From positions 9,708-73,707 of the IMG/VR virus record IMGVR_UViG_3300036795_000211: 64,000 nt of DNA, one strand, 5' to 3'. Shown here piece after piece: positions 47,287-56,932 of the stretch. The position numbers were made by a program, and so were the translations under genes. The stretch comes from a virus. Each line of letters opens with the position of its first letter. Positions within the stretch are counted from its first letter, which is position 1. A model generated the notes under the pieces. It had not been told where the DNA came from. It did no database searches and was given only the letters and a program-made list of their open reading frames with translations.

Positions 47287-47625
47287 ATGAGAATTGACAT
47301 CGACGAATACGAGGTCACATATCGGCAGTTCGACCACTGGTGCCGCCAGAAATGGATTCGTTCCACCGGTAAAGGTGGCTCCGGAATCGATCGTGACTTC
47401 GAAGAGGACGAGGTAAAGATCTTCAAGATTATGGCTCCGCTCGTCAAGCTCGGCTTGTCCCCCCGCGTTGCAGCTGCGTTGGCGCGTACGCACGTTGAAA
47501 ACGGCTTCACCGGCGCATTGACACTTCGGGACGGTGAACTGGAGCTCAGTGGCATCTTTGCCTCGGTACGCGCTGACGCAGTTACCCGGCGGGGTGGTCA
47601 CCCGGGAGAGATGTTCTTCCGCTGA
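47287..47625 (+). CDS. MerR-like HTH DNA-binding protein
   Basis: VTYRQFDHWCR..GSG..RDF..E...LVKLGLS pattern. Confidence 0.75.
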   Translation: MRIDIDEYEVTYRQFDHWCRQKWIRSTGKGGSGIDRDFEEDEVKIFKIMAPLVKLGLSPRVAAALARTHVENGFTGALTLRDGELELSGIFASVRADAVTRRGGHPGEMFFR

Positions 47626-48621
47626 CGTCACCTGCCCTGTCTGGGCCATATTGGGATACATGGGATTCGGCCTAGAATATCGGAACGGGACAGGTCGGGT
47701 TGCCTAGGGGCAATGGTACAGGGACTCTGGAGGTGCTATAGGGTGTGTCAGTGGAATATGGCTCTGGCCCAAGCATTCGTCGGTGTCCGCAGGTCGGACA
47801 CTTCGTGTGCCCGAGTTGCGGTGGTAACGGAATAATGCTGATGATCCGCCATGCGAATACCGGACAAGCGGTCGGTACCGAAGTGTGCAACGTATGCGGC
47901 GGATCCGGACAACTAGGGAGTGGTAATGCGACAGACGCGTGGCCGCAAGATCTCGGGTTCGGCAAAGGCCTCCCCGGAACTGGCCTCTCTTAGCCGGATC
48001 CGCGGGATGGCGAGTTGGATTCGCCGAACCAGTGGAACGCCAAACGAATACCCGAAGATTTCGGCGATGAGTGGTCGCGAGATCTTCGATGCAAGGCAAT
48101 TCGCAGTGGGCGGCTATCCGTGGCCCGCCAAGTGGACCCAACGACTCGTGGAGATGGCACGCAGTGGCTGAGTACCCGGAGGTGAATAGCGGTCCGCTCT
48201 GCAACGCCGAGGAGTCCGGCTACCTGGATAGTACCGAGGTGTTCTGCCCATTCGCAGCTGGACCGTGCACGTCGGAATGTCCGACCAATCGAGAACGAGC
48301 CTGCATTATCGGAGAGGACTAATCGCATGGCTGACACCGACAAGAAGCCGTTCGACATCACGACCCGCGTAAACGGTAAAACTACTGACTTTCAGGTGCC
48401 GATTGACGATCCCTTCATTCGTCATACCGTGTGGACGGAATGGCGGCTAATCTCGTGGCTCCCGTTCCCCCGCGTCCGGACCAGGGTCGAGGTTATCGTC
48501 GGAGCCGACCGCGACATCATCTACGCCGTAATGCACGCAGTTAGCGAACATCGAGCCACGGTTCCGCTAAACGATCCGATTCCGCCGCCGGACTCCACCG
48601 TTTTCGGATTCGAGTCCGCCG

Positions 48622-48975
48622 GTGACTAAGCCGCTGGAGGTACACCATTTCGTCGAAGGTGACCAGATCGACATTAAGTACCTCCTCGCTCCCGCGGTGG
48701 TCGAAGGTCACGAAGTAACGGAGCCGACCATGCTCTGGGTCGCCAATTCCGGCGGACCGGCCACCGTTACCGTGATGCAGTACGGCTGGAACCCGAAGAA
48801 GCCGGGTGACGTGATCACGGAGCCGAAAACGATTACCGTGCGGCGTCGGCGGTCACCGGATGACGGAGCATCCGAGACGCTCATCGGAATGTTCGCACCC
48901 GGTCCGATCAAGTACGACCGCCACTTCCGCAACCTTACCGTGTGCGCTTTTCGCTTTGACCCGAAGCCTGGTTGA
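48622..48975 (+). CDS. Hypothetical protein
   Basis: Coupled ORF chain. Confidence 0.45.
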   Translation: MTKPLEVHHFVEGDQIDIKYLLAPAVVEGHEVTEPTMLWVANSGGPATVTVMQYGWNPKKPGDVITEPKTITVRRRRSPDDGASETLIGMFAPGPIKYDRHFRNLTVCAFRFDPKPG

Positions 48976-49000
48976 CCTATCGGGATCACTCGGGTATCCT
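48972..49000 (+). promoter_or_regulatory. SigA-type promoter TTGACC-N17-TATCCT (overlaps GGTTG-N17-GGGTAT)
   Basis: Consensus-like; upstream of the recombination genes. Confidence 0.55.
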
Positions 49001-49379
49001 ATAGGTGGAGGCCCCCGGTACACACGGCCCGTATCCGCAGACATCTGCGGGTCCTGCAGCGTGGCGGGGGCCTCTCCAACTTTAGCGAAGAGAGACCGAA
49101 TGTCCGACATGCAAGGTACCACGTCGCAGCGTAACCGAGAGCGAAACGAGGCAGTACAGGCTGAGCGACGTAGACGCAATCCTCCGATACCTACCGAAGG
49201 TGGCGGACACGCATCGAAGGTGTTTCCGCACTTCTCGGTGGCGAATGGCTTGTGCATGTGTCTTGCCGGTTGCTGTCTCGGAGTAAATGGCTGCCGCTGT
49301 CACGAATGTCCGTGTGACCGACCTGGTTCCCGCGGATACGGTAAACACTCGGGCAAGCTCCGCCCGGAAGGAGAATTCA

Positions 49380-50189
49380 GTGGCACTCGCAAAAGCAGGT
49401 AGCAGTACCCTCGATCTGCCGTGGGGCAAGCCCGATGAAGTCGAAGGCGGAATCGGGGTCAATGCCGCCATCTTCGGGTTCGCGGGGAGTGGGAAGTCCA
49501 CCGTGGCGGCATCCGCCGTTTCCGCCGAAAGCGGTAAGCCACTGCTGGTCGTCAACTTCGATGGCGAGGTCAACTCCCTTCGGGGACGCACCGACATTGA
49601 CATCTGGCCGCGGAAAGGCGGAGTGCGCAGCTGGGAACGAATCGCTGCGTTCACTGATCGGCTGGCCACCGGCAAGCACCCGTTCAAGACTATCGTGTTC
49701 GACACCGGGAACAACATGTACCGGTATGCACTAGCGCACGTGAAAGCGTCGGGTTCGCCGAACCGGGACCCCCGGCAGATCTTTGGCGGCGCAAACGACC
49801 TGGTCAACGAGGTAATCGTCAAGTTCGTGCAGATCGCTAACGAGCGGGGAATCAACGTCATCTGGAACTGGCACGCCGAGGAGGTCAAGGAAGGTGTCGG
49901 CGACGCGGTAAAGCTGTTCATTCGGCCGGATGCTACTCCCGGGGTACTGAAGACCATCTACCAGCAGCACTCCACGATCGGCTATCTCGAAGAGCGAATG
50001 GCGGGTAAGCGTCGGCTCTACCTGCACAACACGCTGAAGCTCATCGCAAAGGTACACCAGCCGCAGGGCGAAGGTGCATTGGCGGTCGAGATTGACGATC
50101 CAGACTTCGGCAAGGTAATCGACCACCTGAGGGGCGTGGCCAAGTATGACGCAGGGAAGAAGTCAACGATACGTACCCGGTCCGCTTGA
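49380..50189 (+). CDS. AAA_24 / Sak4-like ATPase recombinase
   Basis: IFGFAGSGKST Walker A, TIVFDT, VIWNWHAEE; GGAG RBS before GTG 49380. Confidence 0.8.
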   Translation: MALAKAGSSTLDLPWGKPDEVEGGIGVNAAIFGFAGSGKSTVAASAVSAESGKPLLVVNFDGEVNSLRGRTDIDIWPRKGGVRSWERIAAFTDRLATGKHPFKTIVFDTGNNMYRYALAHVKASGSPNRDPRQIFGGANDLVNEVIVKFVQIANERGINVIWNWHAEEVKEGVGDAVKLFIRPDATPGVLKTIYQQHSTIGYLEERMAGKRRLYLHNTLKLIAKVHQPQGEGALAVEIDDPDFGKVIDHLRGVAKYDAGKKSTIRTRSA

Positions 50190-50290
50190 GGGTCGACGCG
50201 ACGTCCTAACGTGCTTGGACTGCGGAGCGATGGTTCCGTATCCGTTCGTTGATCGGCACGACAACCACCATTCTTCGTTGGAGGCACTCC

Positions 50291-51028
50291 GTGAACGGTT
50301 GGACCTGGTTCTTCGCGATCGTCAGCCTCTTGCTGGCAGTAATTATCGCAGTACTGACCTGGATCCTTCGCAGGGATCGGTCCAATCACCCTTCGGGCCT
50401 ATCCTTGCCGGAATCGTCCGTCCCCAGTATCCCCACCGCTGAGGTCGAGCAGCTTCGGCGTGACCTGCATGAAGCCGGTGGATCGGTCGCGCGACTGACC
50501 AAGGAACTTTCGCTGGAGCGAGAGCAGACCGGTCGAAACCTCGAGACCATTGCCAAGCGGGCCGAGGTCGAAATACAGCAACGAGTGGCGTTGGCCCGAA
50601 CGGAGCTGGAACGCGAATTTGCCGAGCGGAAACGGACTGACCGCCAGGTGTCGAACCAGCTTTCTCGAGCTGCGTTGCTGGCCAAGGTGGCGGAGCACAT
50701 GGGTCCGTTGTTCCCCGGCTTCCCGTACAACCTTAAGGAATGTCGTCACGTCGGTGAGGTATTCGATTACCTGGTCTATGAAGGGCTGGAAGCCGGCGGA
50801 GATATCTCGGTGATCTTCCTCGAGATCAAGTCCTCGGCGTCCGGGCGTACTCGCCGGGTAACCAATCCGCGGGAGAAGGCGCTCCGGGACGCAATTAAAG
50901 CGGGTCGGGTCCACTACAAGGTCTGGCAGCCGCCAAACGCCGCCGAGCTGGAAAGGCTGGCTCGGGAGGCGATCGAATCGCTGGAGGTCCCAGCGCTCAC
51001 CGAAGGAGGAGACAATGCCGATAGTTGA
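50291..51028 (+). CDS. Membrane-anchored Holliday-junction-resolvase-like endonuclease (Endonuc_Holl type)
   Basis: N-terminal TM, coiled coil, KVAEHMGPLFPGFPYN..C..VG..DYLVY..FLEIKS. Confidence 0.7.
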   Translation: MNGWTWFFAIVSLLLAVIIAVLTWILRRDRSNHPSGLSLPESSVPSIPTAEVEQLRRDLHEAGGSVARLTKELSLEREQTGRNLETIAKRAEVEIQQRVALARTELEREFAERKRTDRQVSNQLSRAALLAKVAEHMGPLFPGFPYNLKECRHVGEVFDYLVYEGLEAGGDISVIFLEIKSSASGRTRRVTNPREKALRDAIKAGRVHYKVWQPPNAAELERLAREAIESLEVPALTEGGDNADS

Positions 51029-51323
51029 GGAACCGGGTCCGGAGAAGCGAGTCCTCGGGCGACACCACGCACCACTGGGTCAGCCGATCAGCCCGTTCAA
51101 GTACACCGTAACGCGGAACGATGGCGGTAAGCCGATTCCGCTGGACGAGCCGTGCCTGGTAATCCGCGCGCAGGACGCCTTTGCGCTCGTGTTCATTCAG
51201 ATGTACATCAATCACACCCTCGATACCGTTAGTCCGGCCCTGACTAACGAGCTGCTCGCCCACCGGGAACGGATCCGGCGGTGGCAGGACGAACATCGGG
51301 ATAAGGTAAAGCTCCCTGATTGA
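51015..51323 (+). CDS. Hypothetical protein
   Basis: DEPCLVIRAQDAFA..KLPD phage family motif. Confidence 0.6.
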   Translation: MPIVEEPGPEKRVLGRHHAPLGQPISPFKYTVTRNDGGKPIPLDEPCLVIRAQDAFALVFIQMYINHTLDTVSPALTNELLAHRERIRRWQDEHRDKVKLPD

Positions 51324-51348
51324 CAAACTTCCAGCCATTCTATAGACT
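51320..51348 (+). promoter_or_regulatory. SigA-type promoter TTGACA-N17-TAGACT
   Basis: Consensus match. Confidence 0.75.
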
Positions 51349-51406
51349 GGGTAATCCAAGGGGCCGCTGCCGCCCCGCAAGGCAGCAAAGAAGGAGGTAC
51401 TCAGAT

Positions 51407-51850
51407 GTGGCGCAGCGACTAGAAGCGCATCACGGCTGGAAGGGCGACAAAGCTGGCTATCATGCGCAGCTACATCGTGTACGAAGAGCACGTGGTCGCG
51501 CCAAAGAGCACCTTTGCGTGAAGCACGCAGAGAAGGGTAAGCAGGTACGAGCGAATGACTGGGCACACGTTCACGGTGAAAGTGGCTTTGACGTGTACGC
51601 GGATTTCGTTCCGCTCTGCGATCCCTGTCACGAAGAGTACGACAATCCCACGAAGGCACGCGGTGCGAGAGTGCAACTTGCTGCCGGGAAGCTAGCCGAA
51701 CAGGACGTCATTCGTATTCGAGAACTGCTAGCGAAGAAGGTTCCGCAGCAGCGTATCGCAACGGAGTTCGGTGTCGTACAAACGGCAATTAGCAAGATTA
51801 ACACGGGTCGCACGTACGCAAACGTGGGACGAACCGAAGGAAGTGGTTAG
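51407..51850 (+). CDS. HNH-like endonuclease with C-terminal HTH
   Basis: YHAQLHRVRRARGRA..DWAH..PLCDPCH..YD; KL...V..IR..IA.EFGV..AISKI..GR. Confidence 0.75.
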   Translation: MAQRLEAHHGWKGDKAGYHAQLHRVRRARGRAKEHLCVKHAEKGKQVRANDWAHVHGESGFDVYADFVPLCDPCHEEYDNPTKARGARVQLAAGKLAEQDVIRIRELLAKKVPQQRIATEFGVVQTAISKINTGRTYANVGRTEGSG

Positions 51851-52253
51851 CATACCTGCAACGATTGACCTCACCGGCGTTAGCACCGAGGGCAAGCCGC
51901 CCCTGGAGCCAGACGTTTACCCGGCGGTCATCACGAAGGCCGACATTCACGACTCGAAGAGTGCCGGAGAGCCCACGCTCTACCTCGAGCTCTCCGTGAG
52001 TGACGAAGGCCGAAACGGTCGGTGGAGCACGTCACTGCAGCCCCAGTCGCTATGGCGGGTCAAGCGACTTCTGGTCAACCTCGGTCTCGAAGTCCCGGAA
52101 GGGGAGTTCGAATTCGACGAGGAGGACCTGATCGGCGTCGAGTGCCAGGTGCGGACGATCCAGGAGCCGCACTACCAGGACAAGAAGCGGAAGACCTGGC
52201 GCATCGCCGAGATCCTCAACGAGGACGGCGAAACCGGCGAGGGCTGGGGGTAG
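51843..52253 (+). CDS. DUF669-like single-strand DNA-binding protein
   Basis: IDLTGV..P..Y.A.I..SKSAG..L..SLWRVK.LL..LG..DLIG..C; acidic tail; start uncertain. Confidence 0.7.
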   Translation: MVSIPATIDLTGVSTEGKPPLEPDVYPAVITKADIHDSKSAGEPTLYLELSVSDEGRNGRWSTSLQPQSLWRVKRLLVNLGLEVPEGEFEFDEEDLIGVECQVRTIQEPHYQDKKRKTWRIAEILNEDGETGEGWG

Positions 52254-52325
52254 CAAGCACCGGTCCGAATTGCTGCACCCGACACGGATCGGGCGTCCTA
52301 GGGCGTGCAGCCGGACCGGGTAGTA

Positions 52326-52374
52326 CCCGGCGGGGATTCGGGATCGGAGCTGACGGGTCCCCGCCGGGCTTTTT
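52326..52374 (+). terminator. Rho-independent terminator preceded by a structured element
   Basis: cccggcggggattcg/cgggtccccgccggg stem plus CTTTTT. Confidence 0.75.
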
Positions 52375-52389
52375 CGATCGGAGGGACGA

Positions 52390-52773
52390 ATGCGTGTTAT
52401 CGGGGTTGACCCGGGGGCAGTATATACCGGTGTCGCGATACTGGACAGCGACGGCAAGTTCATCTACTGGAACGAGTCCGATGACCCGGTTGTCATCTGG
52501 GTCGCCATCGAAGAAGCTTGCCGTTACGGTGAAGGTGTCGTTGTCGTTGAGGACTTCCTCGGGTCCGGTCGCCGAAACGAATACACGCAACGGACCACCG
52601 AAGCACTCGGGTACATCTACCACCGCTGTCGCGAGGAAGGCATTACGGTCGAACGGGTACCGCAGCAAGCTCGACTGGCCAACGTGATGAACGTCCCGAA
52701 GGAGATATCCCGCAAGGACGAGAAAGCTGCGGCGGCCCACGCACTCTCATACCGCGAAAGGAAACGGACTTGA
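52390..52773 (+). CDS. RuvC-like resolvase
   Basis: MRVIGVDPG..TGVA, VVVEDF, KDEKAAAAH. Confidence 0.75.
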   Translation: MRVIGVDPGAVYTGVAILDSDGKFIYWNESDDPVVIWVAIEEACRYGEGVVVVEDFLGSGRRNEYTQRTTEALGYIYHRCREEGITVERVPQQARLANVMNVPKEISRKDEKAAAAHALSYRERKRT

Positions 52774-53306
52774 GTCCTAAGCGTACGGTCGATCTTACGC
52801 ATTATGCGCAGATCGCACACCGGTTGTTCTTGACGCCGGGAAAGTGCCAGCGTATCCACGGGCACTCGTTGACGATTAACCTCGAGCTGGTCGGGGAGGT
52901 GGACGGTACCGGGAAGATTGTCGGTCTCGATTTCGCCGCAATAAAGAGCGCCTTTCGGTCATTCGTGGACGCCTATCTCGATCACAGCTTGCTGCTGAAT
53001 GAGATCGACCCGTTCGCTCGTCAGCTTCTTACGAACCCGCAGTATGGCGCAGAAGGCGGAACGTGGATCAGCGAAGTCGAACCCGCCGATCTTCCCGGGT
53101 TGCGAAGGTGCGCGGGAGACCCGACCACGGAGAACATAGCGATGTGGATCGCCGAATGGGCCGCGCTAACGTTCACGGTACTCGGTCTCTATAGCGTGTC
53201 CGTCCACGTTGACGAGACCGACACCAACGGTTCCGGGTACGAATGCGCCGTGGACCACCTTACCCGTAAGCGAGAGCTCACCGATGTACTCGGGAGGTGG
53301 AAGTGA
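52770..53306 (+). CDS. queD: 6-carboxy-5,6,7,8-tetrahydropterin synthase
   Basis: AHRL, CQRIHGHS, LDH, PTTEN, ET motifs. Confidence 0.9.
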   Translation: MSPKRTVDLTHYAQIAHRLFLTPGKCQRIHGHSLTINLELVGEVDGTGKIVGLDFAAIKSAFRSFVDAYLDHSLLLNEIDPFARQLLTNPQYGAEGGTWISEVEPADLPGLRRCAGDPTTENIAMWIAEWAALTFTVLGLYSVSVHVDETDTNGSGYECAVDHLTRKRELTDVLGRWK

Positions 53307-54070
53307 TCGACTTCGAAGCGCGTCCGTCGCGTGACTGGCTGCTGGTCTCGGAGATGTTCGGTCCTACCTTTCAAGGCGAAGGGCCGTCAACCGGACAGTT
53401 GGCGATGTTCATTCGCCTCGGCGGGTGCAATCAGCACTGCGGCTTCTGTGACACGCCGCACACCTGGGTCTTCACCGATCGTCAGGTCGAACAGCATGAC
53501 CTATCGCTGGTACCGTTCAGTCCGAAGGAGGAGCTAACCCGGTACACGATTCGCGATGTCGCCGCCGAGATCATCGCGTCCGGTGTCGATCTTATCGTGA
53601 TTACCGGTGGCGAGCCACTGCTGCAAGCCGAACAGGTGGCGAAGCTAATCTCAGCGGTGAACGAGGAATCGGCACACCACTTCGAAATCGAAACGGCCGG
53701 GACGGTCTCCCCCGCGCCCCTAGTGATGTTCGAGAACGTCCGCTTCAACGTATCGCCGAAATTGGCGTCCAGCGGTAACGAGCTCGAGCTGCGCCGGAAT
53801 ATCCCGGTACTTTCCGAGCTGCGTGACTTCCCGGGTACCGCATTCAAGTTCGTAATGGGCTACGAATACGGTGCCGATCTGGCCGAAGTACTTGAGCTGC
53901 AGAAACTCGTCGGCTTCAATAACGATCGAGTCTGGCTGATGCCGGAGGGAATCACGGAGAAGGGTATTCTCGACGGAATGAAGCGGCTGTCCTCAGTGGC
54001 GTTGTTCAACTACTGGCATCTCTCCACCCGCATGCACGTACTCCTTTGGGGGAATGAACGTGGCCGTTAA
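53297..54070 (+). CDS. queE: 7-carboxy-7-deazaguanine synthase (radical SAM)
   Basis: EMFGPTFQGEG, CNQHCGFCDT, ITGGEPLLQ, IET.G, VSPK, RMH. Confidence 0.95.
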   Translation: MEVIDFEARPSRDWLLVSEMFGPTFQGEGPSTGQLAMFIRLGGCNQHCGFCDTPHTWVFTDRQVEQHDLSLVPFSPKEELTRYTIRDVAAEIIASGVDLIVITGGEPLLQAEQVAKLISAVNEESAHHFEIETAGTVSPAPLVMFENVRFNVSPKLASSGNELELRRNIPVLSELRDFPGTAFKFVMGYEYGADLAEVLELQKLVGFNNDRVWLMPEGITEKGILDGMKRLSSVALFNYWHLSTRMHVLLWGNERGR

Positions 54071-54635
54071 TCTTCGTATGCAAGCCGCCGTTGAGATACT
54101 ACTCAGCGAACTCGGGTACGACCTGTCGGATGCGCACTTCCGGCGGACCCCCGAACGCGTAGCGGAGGCACTCAACGGGTTCAGCAAGTCGCGTCACGAT
54201 CGCGCGCACGACATTCTCGATGTCTCCTTCGAGGACGGGTTCTCGAGTCTGGTACTGGTCGGACCGATCGAGTACACGAGCATGTGCGCCCATCACCTCC
54301 TACCCGTGCAGGGTAAAGCATACGTGGGTTACCTTGCCGACGGGAGGATCTGCGGACTGTCCAAGCTCGCACGGCTGGTCGATCACTACGCCAGGCAGCT
54401 TACCGTTCAGGAACGCGTTACCGACCAGGTAGCGGATGCGCTGGAGGAACAGCTCAAACCGAAGGGCTGTATGGTCGTCATTCGGGCCGTTCACGGGTGC
54501 ATGTCGATTCGCGGGGTCCAGGACCACGACGCGCAGACCACCACGTCCGCCGTTCGGGGACTGCACAAGGACTCCGATAGTGCGCGCTCCGAGTTTCTGT
54601 CCCTGGTCGGGATGCGAGAAAGGATGCTCGGGTGA
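54054..54635 (+). CDS. folE: GTP cyclohydrolase I
   Basis: TPERVA, CAHHLLP, GLSKLAR, QER, HGCM..RG. Confidence 0.95.
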   Translation: MNVAVNLRMQAAVEILLSELGYDLSDAHFRRTPERVAEALNGFSKSRHDRAHDILDVSFEDGFSSLVLVGPIEYTSMCAHHLLPVQGKAYVGYLADGRICGLSKLARLVDHYARQLTVQERVTDQVADALEEQLKPKGCMVVIRAVHGCMSIRGVQDHDAQTTTSAVRGLHKDSDSARSEFLSLVGMRERMLG

Positions 54636-55423
54636 AGCTCGCACACATCGTTCCGCACTCACTGCTGGAGTGTGCCCGCGACTCGGAGGCGTTCCTGTGC
54701 CTCTCGAACCTCGTGGTCCGCAATCCGTTCTACGCCGAATTCCATCGGCGAATGGCGCGGGAGGGTAAGCTCGTCATCCTCGACAACCCGGTACACGAGA
54801 ACGGGGAACTCGATCTCCGCGAGTGGGCCGAAGCCGCAAAGCTGATAACGCCAACGGTGGCGATTATCCCGGACGTGATTGACGATGCTAACGCCACCGT
54901 TATGTACGCTCGGGAGTTTCGTGGTGTCATTCGGGAATGGTCTCCGAGTACGCGGCTGATGGCCGTCCCGCATGGCGTGGAGCAGATCGATTTCCTTCGG
55001 TGTGCGCAGGAACTGCTTCGGCTGAAGAACCCCTCGATTCACTGGTTCGGCGTGTCCCTGGAGCGACGGTTGGACGATGACCCTTACGCGTTTCAGCGGC
55101 GGGTCCAGCGCGTACGAATGCTGACGTCGGAGCCGTCCTTTCGGTACCGCAGCATTCACCTGCTCGGCGTCTCGGAGGCAGCTTCGGAGTTCCTGCACCC
55201 CGCGTTCCTCAATGTCGCGAGTGCGGATACGTCCAAGTTCGCCGTGTGGTGGTTGAACGGCACGGCACCGCTACCCCCGTCACCGATCAAGCAGCCATAT
55301 CCGGGTCGGGCCTCCCTCGGTGGAAGTACTCGTTACTTCGACTTTGAACCGCAGGAAGCATTCCTGCGTGACCGCCTCGCCGAGTACCTCTTGGCGTGGA
55401 CCAACTACGCAATACATAGGTAG
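54632..55423 (+). CDS. Divergent TGT-fold protein (DpdA-like base-exchange enzyme candidate)
   Basis: LVILDN, IPDVI, MAVPHG, IHLLG, SADTS in TGT motif order; embedded in the que cluster. Confidence 0.7.
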   Translation: MKLAHIVPHSLLECARDSEAFLCLSNLVVRNPFYAEFHRRMAREGKLVILDNPVHENGELDLREWAEAAKLITPTVAIIPDVIDDANATVMYAREFRGVIREWSPSTRLMAVPHGVEQIDFLRCAQELLRLKNPSIHWFGVSLERRLDDDPYAFQRRVQRVRMLTSEPSFRYRSIHLLGVSEAASEFLHPAFLNVASADTSKFAVWWLNGTAPLPPSPIKQPYPGRASLGGSTRYFDFEPQEAFLRDRLAEYLLAWTNYAIHR

Positions 55424-55429
55424 GTAGCA

Positions 55430-56758
55430 GTGAGTGGAATCTTTGCCGCATCCGTTTCGTCGGATTCGGCGGGTATTCGGTCTGAGCTGAAGCTGCTTTC
55501 GCAGCGTGCGTCAGCGCGGGGGAAGGACGCAATCAAGATAGCGTCGTTCCGCGATGACGGGACCATCGGCTATGTCGGCGCAACCGGCCACGTACAGGTT
55601 GGCGTTGATCGCGCACTAACCGATGCGCGCCACTACACCCTGGTCGGGTGTGCCTACGGGGCACCGTCCGGGGCTCAGATCGAGACGATCTTCGACGTTC
55701 CGCCATTCACCAGCAAGGACTCGCAGTGGCTGGTCACGATCGATGGAATCGTTACCGGCTACACCGGGCAGCAGGTTGCCGACATTATCTCCCGGGAAGG
55801 CTGGAGTACGGTCGAGACGCTGCACGGTCAGTTCGCGATCATCGGCGTGGAGCGTTCTTCGGACGGTATCTACTGGGCGTGCAAGGCGAAGCCGCTATAC
55901 GGACTGCACCACCCGTATGACGGAATCACGATGGTCGCGTCACAGCGGGATGACCTGTACGGGTTCTACCACGAAACCCGCACTTCCTCGCCGTTCGCAC
56001 TAGAGCCGTACACGCGCGGTCGCATCTCGCGGGAAGGTACCTTCGGGTCGCACCCGCTCAATCGCAAGTCGAGTAACGGATCGCTCGTCCTTTCGGGTGG
56101 CGGACTGGATACCGCCGTAGCCGCGTGGGACAACGCAGCAACGTACTCGGAAGAGCCGACCGTACTGCTGCACATCGATTACGGCCAGAAGGCACGGGTC
56201 GCCGAATGGCACGCGACGCAGGAACTGTCGGTTCGAATGCGAAAGCACCTCGGGGTGACGACAAGTGCGATTCGGCTCAAGTTCAATCTCGGACTGCTGG
56301 CCGGCGACAGTTCACCGTTGACCGGTGACAAGGATGTCGAGTCGAATCCGCAGGCCGGACAGGCACACGAATGGTTCCCCGCACGTAACACCGTGCTGAT
56401 GTCGATGGGACTCTCGTGGGCCGAAGCGAACGGGATGGCCCGGATCGTTACCGGGATCAATATGGAGGCCGCCGGTGCGTACCCGGACAACGAGCAGGAA
56501 TGGCTGATCCGCTGGCAGTCACTGGTTCCGTATGCGGTCGGCGATTCCGTGTCGATTGATCTCGAAGCACCACTGGTCGGGATGTCGAAGAAGGACATCG
56601 TCAAGCTCGGGGACAAGCTCGGCTTTCCGTTCGAAACGTTCTCGTGGTCGTGCTACAACGGCGGGGTAATCCACTGCGGAACGTGCAGCTCATGCCGCTG
56701 TCGCCGGGCTGCCTTCGTGTCGGCCGGCGTTACCGATCCTACGGAGTACAAGGACTAA
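55430..56758 (+). CDS. queC: Gat-QueC fusion (Ntn amidotransferase-like domain plus preQ0 synthase)
   Basis: N-terminus MSGIFA..RG.DA..GQFA; C-terminus SGGGLDT, YGQ, PARN, YPD, SCY..HCGTCSSC. Confidence 0.88.
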   Translation: MSGIFAASVSSDSAGIRSELKLLSQRASARGKDAIKIASFRDDGTIGYVGATGHVQVGVDRALTDARHYTLVGCAYGAPSGAQIETIFDVPPFTSKDSQWLVTIDGIVTGYTGQQVADIISREGWSTVETLHGQFAIIGVERSSDGIYWACKAKPLYGLHHPYDGITMVASQRDDLYGFYHETRTSSPFALEPYTRGRISREGTFGSHPLNRKSSNGSLVLSGGGLDTAVAAWDNAATYSEEPTVLLHIDYGQKARVAEWHATQELSVRMRKHLGVTTSAIRLKFNLGLLAGDSSPLTGDKDVESNPQAGQAHEWFPARNTVLMSMGLSWAEANGMARIVTGINMEAAGAYPDNEQEWLIRWQSLVPYAVGDSVSIDLEAPLVGMSKKDIVKLGDKLGFPFETFSWSCYNGGVIHCGTCSSCRCRRAAFVSAGVTDPTEYKD

Positions 56759-56932
56759 TGGCGAATACGGTACCGGTGTACATTCGCATCGGGAACAGAC
56801 CTGAACGCCACGTCGGAAACGTGGTAATCGACGACCGGGTGTACACGGGCGAGGGCCCCCGCGTTGTCGCCAATCTGCTTCGCAGTGCGGCTGACGCAAT
56901 CGAAGTAGACCTACCCGAACTGGAGGACGAAG

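Noticed and set aside
51320-51860. Group I intron carrying the HNH gene
   Set aside because: The HNH has its own promoter and RBS, flanking genes look intact, and no intron core was recognised
52254-52320. tRNA or preQ1-I riboswitch
   Set aside because: No T-loop/D-loop consensus or cloverleaf, and no AU-rich preQ1-I pseudoknot signature; kept only as an unknown structured element
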